DNA of 11,917 nucleotides from Bdellovibrionota bacterium FG-2 (GTDB taxonomy: Bacteria > Bdellovibrionota > UBA1018). A model generated the notes under the pieces. That model searched no databases. It was not told the DNA's origin and was given only the letters and a program-made list of their open reading frames with translations. The stretch covers positions 1 through 11,917 of the forward strand of contig JBBCAV010000143.1 of NCBI GenBank assembly GCA_051382305.1, given 5' to 3'. Every line of letters starts with the position of its first letter. Position 1 is the first letter of the stretch. This document shows positions 8,150-11,917 of this stretch, one piece after another. The position numbers and the translations under genes are program-made.

Positions 8150-9335
8150 CTGAAAAAGTGATTTCCAATCTTTGCCCATCACGGATTTGTTTTATGCTCC
8201 GAATTAGGCGGCCTTTTTCCAGCGGATCTCTCACGATTGAAAAACCTCGATCAAGAACGCGCAGGGGGGAAAGCGCGTCGAGCTTTCCCATCACTTGTGC
8301 TAGAAGCGACCGTCTTCTCTCCAATTGTACCTGAAAAGCTTGCTGGAGTCTCAAGGAAAGTTCATCACAGCGTTGGGCTTGGTCCCTAAGCTTATCGCGC
8401 GGGCTGATGACCCGAGCCGCGATGTGGGAAAGCATGTTCTGGCGCGATTGAAGCTCCCGTTGCATTGAAGACATGAGTCGCCTTCGGGCTTCCTGCAGTT
8501 TGCCGACGGCTTCAACCCAATAACCCGTAATAATCTCCGCGGCGGCCGATGGAGTAGGGGCCCGGAGGTCCGAGACAAAGTCGCAGATGGTAAAATCAAT
8601 TTCATGGCCTACGCCAGAGACAACCGGAAGTGCAGACGCCGCGATGGTCCGGGCCAAATTCTCATCATTAAAGGCCCAGAGGTCTTCGATGCTCCCTCCA
8701 CCTCGGGCAAGGACGATGAGCTCCCCCAATTGATGTCGATTGGCAACTTCAAGGCCTCTGATGAGGTGTTTTGGAGCCTCTTCGCCTTGAACGAGTGCAG
8801 GTATGATCGTAACGTGCACGTGCGGTGCGCGCCTCCCTAGAATATTGAGCATGTCCTGAATCGCCGCTCCGGTTGGCGAAGTGATGATCACGATTCTATT
8901 GGGGTACGGAGGAAGTGTTCGCTTGCGTGAGGAATCAAAAAGCCCTTCGCTTGCAAGTTTGGCTTTGAGTTGCTCAAAGGCTAGCTGAAGGGCGCCTGCG
9001 CCCAGGGGTTCAATGTGATCTAAGACGAGTTGGTAGCTTCCTCGGGGGGCATAAATCGTGAGTTTGCCACGACAACGAACCTGTAATCCGTCTTTCAGGT
9101 CAAATCCGCGGCGCTTTTGACCCCATCCGAAGTAAGCAACGGAAAGCATCGCGCCTGAGTCTTTGAGTGAGAAGTAAGCGTGCCCCGAGGCGGCGGGCTT
9201 GCAGTTGCTGATTTCACCTTGGACCCAGACTTGCGAAAAAGCGGGCTCAAGGGACTTCTTAATCTGCGTCGTCAGTTGACTGACGGTCAGCGCTAAGGGC
9301 GTAGCCGCGGCGTTTGGTTCGGTTTCAGACGCCAT
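8121..9335 (-). CDS. xseA: Exodeoxyribonuclease VII large subunit
   Basis: LTVSQL, VWVQGEISN, SGHAYFSLKD (OB fold), ITSPTGAAIQD, ARGGGSIEDLWAFNDE, SGVGHEIDFTICDFVSDLRAPTPSAAAE, LSPLRVLDRGFS. Confidence 0.98.
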   Translation of the reverse strand: MASETEPNAAATPLALTVSQLTTQIKKSLEPAFSQVWVQGEISNCKPAASGHAYFSLKDSGAMLSVAYFGWGQKRRGFDLKDGLQVRCRGKLTIYAPRGSYQLVLDHIEPLGAGALQLAFEQLKAKLASEGLFDSSRKRTLPPYPNRIVIITSPTGAAIQDMLNILGRRAPHVHVTIIPALVQGEEAPKHLIRGLEVANRHQLGELIVLARGGGSIEDLWAFNDENLARTIAASALPVVSGVGHEIDFTICDFVSDLRAPTPSAAAEIITGYWVEAVGKLQEARRRLMSSMQRELQSRQNMLSHIAARVISPRDKLRDQAQRCDELSLRLQQAFQVQLERRRSLLAQVMGKLDALSPLRVLDRGFSIVRDPLEKGRLIRSIKQIRDGQRLEITFSDGRKQVQAL

Positions 9336-9343
9336 TGTACTAC

Positions 9344-10870
9344 TTACTTCGCGGCTGCCTTAGCCGGCGTCTTGTCTTCGACCATGAGTTTCTTGAACAC
9401 ATCGTAAGACTTGATGTAGTTCAAAGCCTCGCGAACCTGAAAGTCTTCTTTCGGGTTGATCTTTGTGGGTGCCATGTCGTCCTCATCTTTTCCGCCTGAA
9501 CGGTCCTTAGATGAGCTGTCACCTTTCTTTTTCGACTTGGAGTCTTTGCTGGAGTCCTTGCCCTCTTTCATCAAGGAGTCGAGTTCTTCCTTTTTGTAGT
9601 CTTTGGCGCCGTCGTCTTCATCCGTGTTCACCATGTGACCCTTAAGATCTTTTTCACGGAAAGGATCGAGCTTGCGCTTGGCCTCCGTCAAGAGTTTCGG
9701 ATCATAGTCATCTAGAATGATGTCGGGATGAACGCCTTTTTCCTGAATACTACGGCCACTAGGCGTGTAGTAACGAGCAATAGTGAGTTTTAATCCAAGA
9801 TCCGTCCCTAATTCGATCACGGTTTGCACGGACCCTTTTCCAAAGGTCGGTTGGCCCATGATGATCGCACGGTGATGGTCTTGGAGCGCCCCTGCGACGA
9901 TTTCGGCGGCGGACGCCGAATTGGAGTTTACGAGAATCGCGACAGGAAAATCTTTACGGGCGTTCCCCTTGCGAGCGTATTTTACGTCCTTTTGATCTCG
10001 ATTGCGGCCGATCGTTGAAACAACAACGCCTTCATCAATGAAGAGAGAGGAAACTTCGACCGCCTGATCGAGAAGGCCGCCGGGATTGGTCCGCAAGTCA
10101 AAGACTAGACCCTTCAGTTTCTTCTTCGTTTCAAGTTTTTCAATGGCCTTCTTGATGTCGGCGGCTGCGCTTTCATTGAAGCTGGTCAACCGAACGTATC
10201 CATACTCGGGTTCGAGTTCCTCGCTTTTCACGGATTGAATCTTGATCACATCGCGAGTAACCGTCACGTCGCGAATCTTTTCAAAGCCGTCACGATAAAT
10301 GGAAAGAGTGACATCGGTGCCCTTTTTGCCACGCATTTTGCCGACGGCTTCCATAAGGCTCATGCCTTTGGTGCTTTCGCGATTGATCTTCACAATGCGG
10401 TCATTGGGTTTGAGACCCGCGCGCCAGGCGGGGGTGTCTTCGATGGGGGCCATAATGGTGAGAATATTGTCCTTGATTCCAATTTCGATGCCGAGACCGC
10501 CAAACTTGCCGGAGGTATCGACTTTCATTTCTTTGAAAATCTCAGGAGTTAGAAAATTTGAGTGTGGATCCAAAGTCTCGAGCATCCCTTTAATGGCGCC
10601 ATAAACAAGGTCTTTGTTTTTGATTTCGTCGACGTAATTCGCTTCGACGAAGTGGAGAACTTTTTGAAAGAGTTCGAGGTTCTCGTACCGTGACGGGCCC
10701 GCCTTGTCATCTTTGCCGCTAGAGGGGGAACTCGTAGCTGCAGGAGGGGCCGCTTGGGCGGCCGTAAGGTTTGCCACATGGCGGGTGATGCCCTGGCCAA
10801 CAGTGATTCCTAGGAAGGAAACTGCGATAACGAGTCCGAACACTGAGATTCTTTTGGTGAGGTTAAGCAT
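9344..10870 (-). CDS. ctpA: S41A carboxyl-terminal processing protease (CtpA-like) with PDZ domain
   Basis: LDPHS, PDZ loop GKFGGLGIEI, DLRTNPGGLL, catalytic Ser in SASAAEIVAGALQD, catalytic Lys in TFGKGSVQ, LTIARYYTPSGRSIQ. N-terminal signal or membrane anchor. Confidence 0.96.
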   Translation of the reverse strand: MLNLTKRISVFGLVIAVSFLGITVGQGITRHVANLTAAQAAPPAATSSPSSGKDDKAGPSRYENLELFQKVLHFVEANYVDEIKNKDLVYGAIKGMLETLDPHSNFLTPEIFKEMKVDTSGKFGGLGIEIGIKDNILTIMAPIEDTPAWRAGLKPNDRIVKINRESTKGMSLMEAVGKMRGKKGTDVTLSIYRDGFEKIRDVTVTRDVIKIQSVKSEELEPEYGYVRLTSFNESAAADIKKAIEKLETKKKLKGLVFDLRTNPGGLLDQAVEVSSLFIDEGVVVSTIGRNRDQKDVKYARKGNARKDFPVAILVNSNSASAAEIVAGALQDHHRAIIMGQPTFGKGSVQTVIELGTDLGLKLTIARYYTPSGRSIQEKGVHPDIILDDYDPKLLTEAKRKLDPFREKDLKGHMVNTDEDDGAKDYKKEELDSLMKEGKDSSKDSKSKKKGDSSSKDRSGGKDEDDMAPTKINPKEDFQVREALNYIKSYDVFKKLMVEDKTPAKAAAK

Positions 10871-10976
10871 ATTACGTCTAGGCTAAACTAATTAGATGGC
10901 CACCGCAATGGGGTATCGGTGAGATTTTATTCAAGCGGTCCGTCAAGCAAATGGCGGCGCCAAGCCGAATCATCCC

Positions 10977-11005
10977 TTGTCGAGCTTCCGATCCCCCTCT
11001 ACAAT
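10977..11005 (+). promoter_or_regulatory. Candidate sigma70 promoter for the pilT-like gene
   Basis: TTGTCG (10977-10982), a 17-nt spacer and TACAAT (11000-11005); close to consensus. Confidence 0.6.
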
Positions 11006-11017
11006 GGCCTCAATATT

Positions 11018-11830
11018 TTGAAAGACTGGGTTCGGATCGCAAAGGACAGAAACGCAAGTGACCTCCTGCTTGAAGCAGGCACCCCGCTCCTTCTGAGAGT
11101 TCGAGGTGATCTAGTTCCTGTCGGAGAGTCCATTTCGGCTGAGACGCTTCTTCAGTCCACTAAAGAATTTATCGGGGCGAGCGCCTGGACGGAATATCTT
11201 GAACGCCGCTCCGTGGATCTCTCTCGAACCATTCATGGAACGCGATGCCGGCTTAACGTATTTAGAACGGTGCGCGGAACGAGCCTCGCCATCCGACTTC
11301 TGTCTTCATTTCAAAATAATATTCGTGACTGCAATCTCCATCCCGACCTCAAAAAACTCATTGATGCAAAAACGGGTCTCATTTTAATTTCGGGACCGAC
11401 CGGGAGCGGGAAAACGACGACCTTGGCTGCCTGCATTGAAGAAATCAATCGTACGCAACGCAAACATATTCTGGCTGTCGAAAGTCCCATTGAATATTTT
11501 TTTTCGAATCGCCAATCCTATATTCGTCAACGAGAAGTACCGACCCACACCCCCAGTTTTGAGCAAGCGTTGCTGGACGCGATGAGAGACAATCCCGACG
11601 TCCTTGTCATCGGTGAAATGCGAACTCCTGATGTCATGCGACTCACATTGAATGCGGCTGAAACGGGCCACCTCGTATTAGCCACCCTTCACTCTTCGAC
11701 CTGCGCGGAGGCGCTGAGTCGCATTTGCCTCTCGTTTCCGTCAGAAATTCAAGCCAGTATCCGAGCGCAGCTCGCTGATTGCCTCAATGCCGTTGTTTGT
11801 CAGCGTTTAGTGTCAATGGCAGCCGGATAA
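11018..11830 (+). CDS. pilT: PilT/PilU family type IV pilus ATPase, C-terminally truncated (possible pseudogene)
   Basis: ASDLLLEAG, RCRLNVFR, Walker A GPTGSGKTTT, Asp-box variant ESPIEY, Walker B DVLVIGEMR and His box ETGHLVLATLH. Ends VVCQRL-VSMAAG*. Family-like sequence begins near TTG 11018; the ORF track start at 10919 is probably too far upstream. Confidence 0.88.
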   Translation: MKDWVRIAKDRNASDLLLEAGTPLLLRVRGDLVPVGESISAETLLQSTKEFIGASAWTEYLERRSVDLSRTIHGTRCRLNVFRTVRGTSLAIRLLSSFQNNIRDCNLHPDLKKLIDAKTGLILISGPTGSGKTTTLAACIEEINRTQRKHILAVESPIEYFFSNRQSYIRQREVPTHTPSFEQALLDAMRDNPDVLVIGEMRTPDVMRLTLNAAETGHLVLATLHSSTCAEALSRICLSFPSEIQASIRAQLADCLNAVVCQRLVSMAAG

Positions 11831-11917
11831 GCCCGTTCACCTCGCCGCCGTCGGATTTTTTCTCTGAGCTGCAAACGCTCTTAGTTTTGCCAACTTCTTG
11901 AGATTCCAGGATTTTAT
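11811..11917 (-). mobile_element. Possible end of an insertion sequence interrupting pilT (terminal repeat-like sequence plus the 3' tail of an incoming ORF)
   Basis: PilT similarity stops abruptly near 11810. 11814-11831 (CAATGGCAGCCGGATAAG) resembles IS4-family terminal repeats in shape (xAATG...TAAG). A minus-strand frame, IKSWNLKKLAKLRAFAAQRKNPTAAR*, stops at 11837. The partner end is not in the window. Confidence 0.4.

Noticed and set aside
7412..10886. Antisense and alternative-frame ORFs within M23, xseA and ctpA (e.g. 7412-7762, 7785-8153, 10235-10552, 10299-10604)
   Set aside because: They are shadows of conserved genes with no independent coding signal.
10925..10951. Minus-strand promoter for ctpA (TTGACG or TTGCTT with TAAAAT)
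   Set aside because: Spacers of 11 or 15-16 nt fit sigma70 geometry poorly, so it is too weak to call.
11811..11917. Frameshifted continuation of pilT
   Set aside because: The other two + frames (CQWQPDKPVHLAAVGFFL* and VNGSRISPFTSPPSDFFSELQTLLVLPTS*) are short and lack PilT C-terminal motifs.

Overview
Bacterial chromosomal window of mostly housekeeping genes. A Bdellovibrionota/Oligoflexia- or Deltaproteobacteria-like origin is my inference from gene style only. The + strand carries a tightly coupled operon: sucA (5'-truncated by the window), sucB, lpdA and an ALDH of the ALDH21/RNP123-like type. Converging on it from the - strand is a run of ctpA (S41 protease), xseA, an M23 peptidase and an SH3b plus outer-membrane beta-barrel protein. 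A short structured intergenic region follows, then a gene resembling an NTP_transf_5-family nucleotidyltransferase with its catalytic motifs erased. At the right end a divergent PilT/PilU-like ATPase gene stops right after the conserved QRL motif, at a junction that resembles the end of an IS element. I found no RNA genes or CRISPR arrays, and no clearly new system is proven. The best leads are: (i) an ALDH21-like, possibly succinate-semialdehyde, dehydrogenase coupled to the 2-oxoglutarate dehydrogenase operon; (ii) the pseudo-nucleotidyltransferase with a poly-G promoter spacer and a three-palindrome leader; (iii) a protease/endopeptidase/OM-SH3 envelope module; (iv) the truncated pilT.
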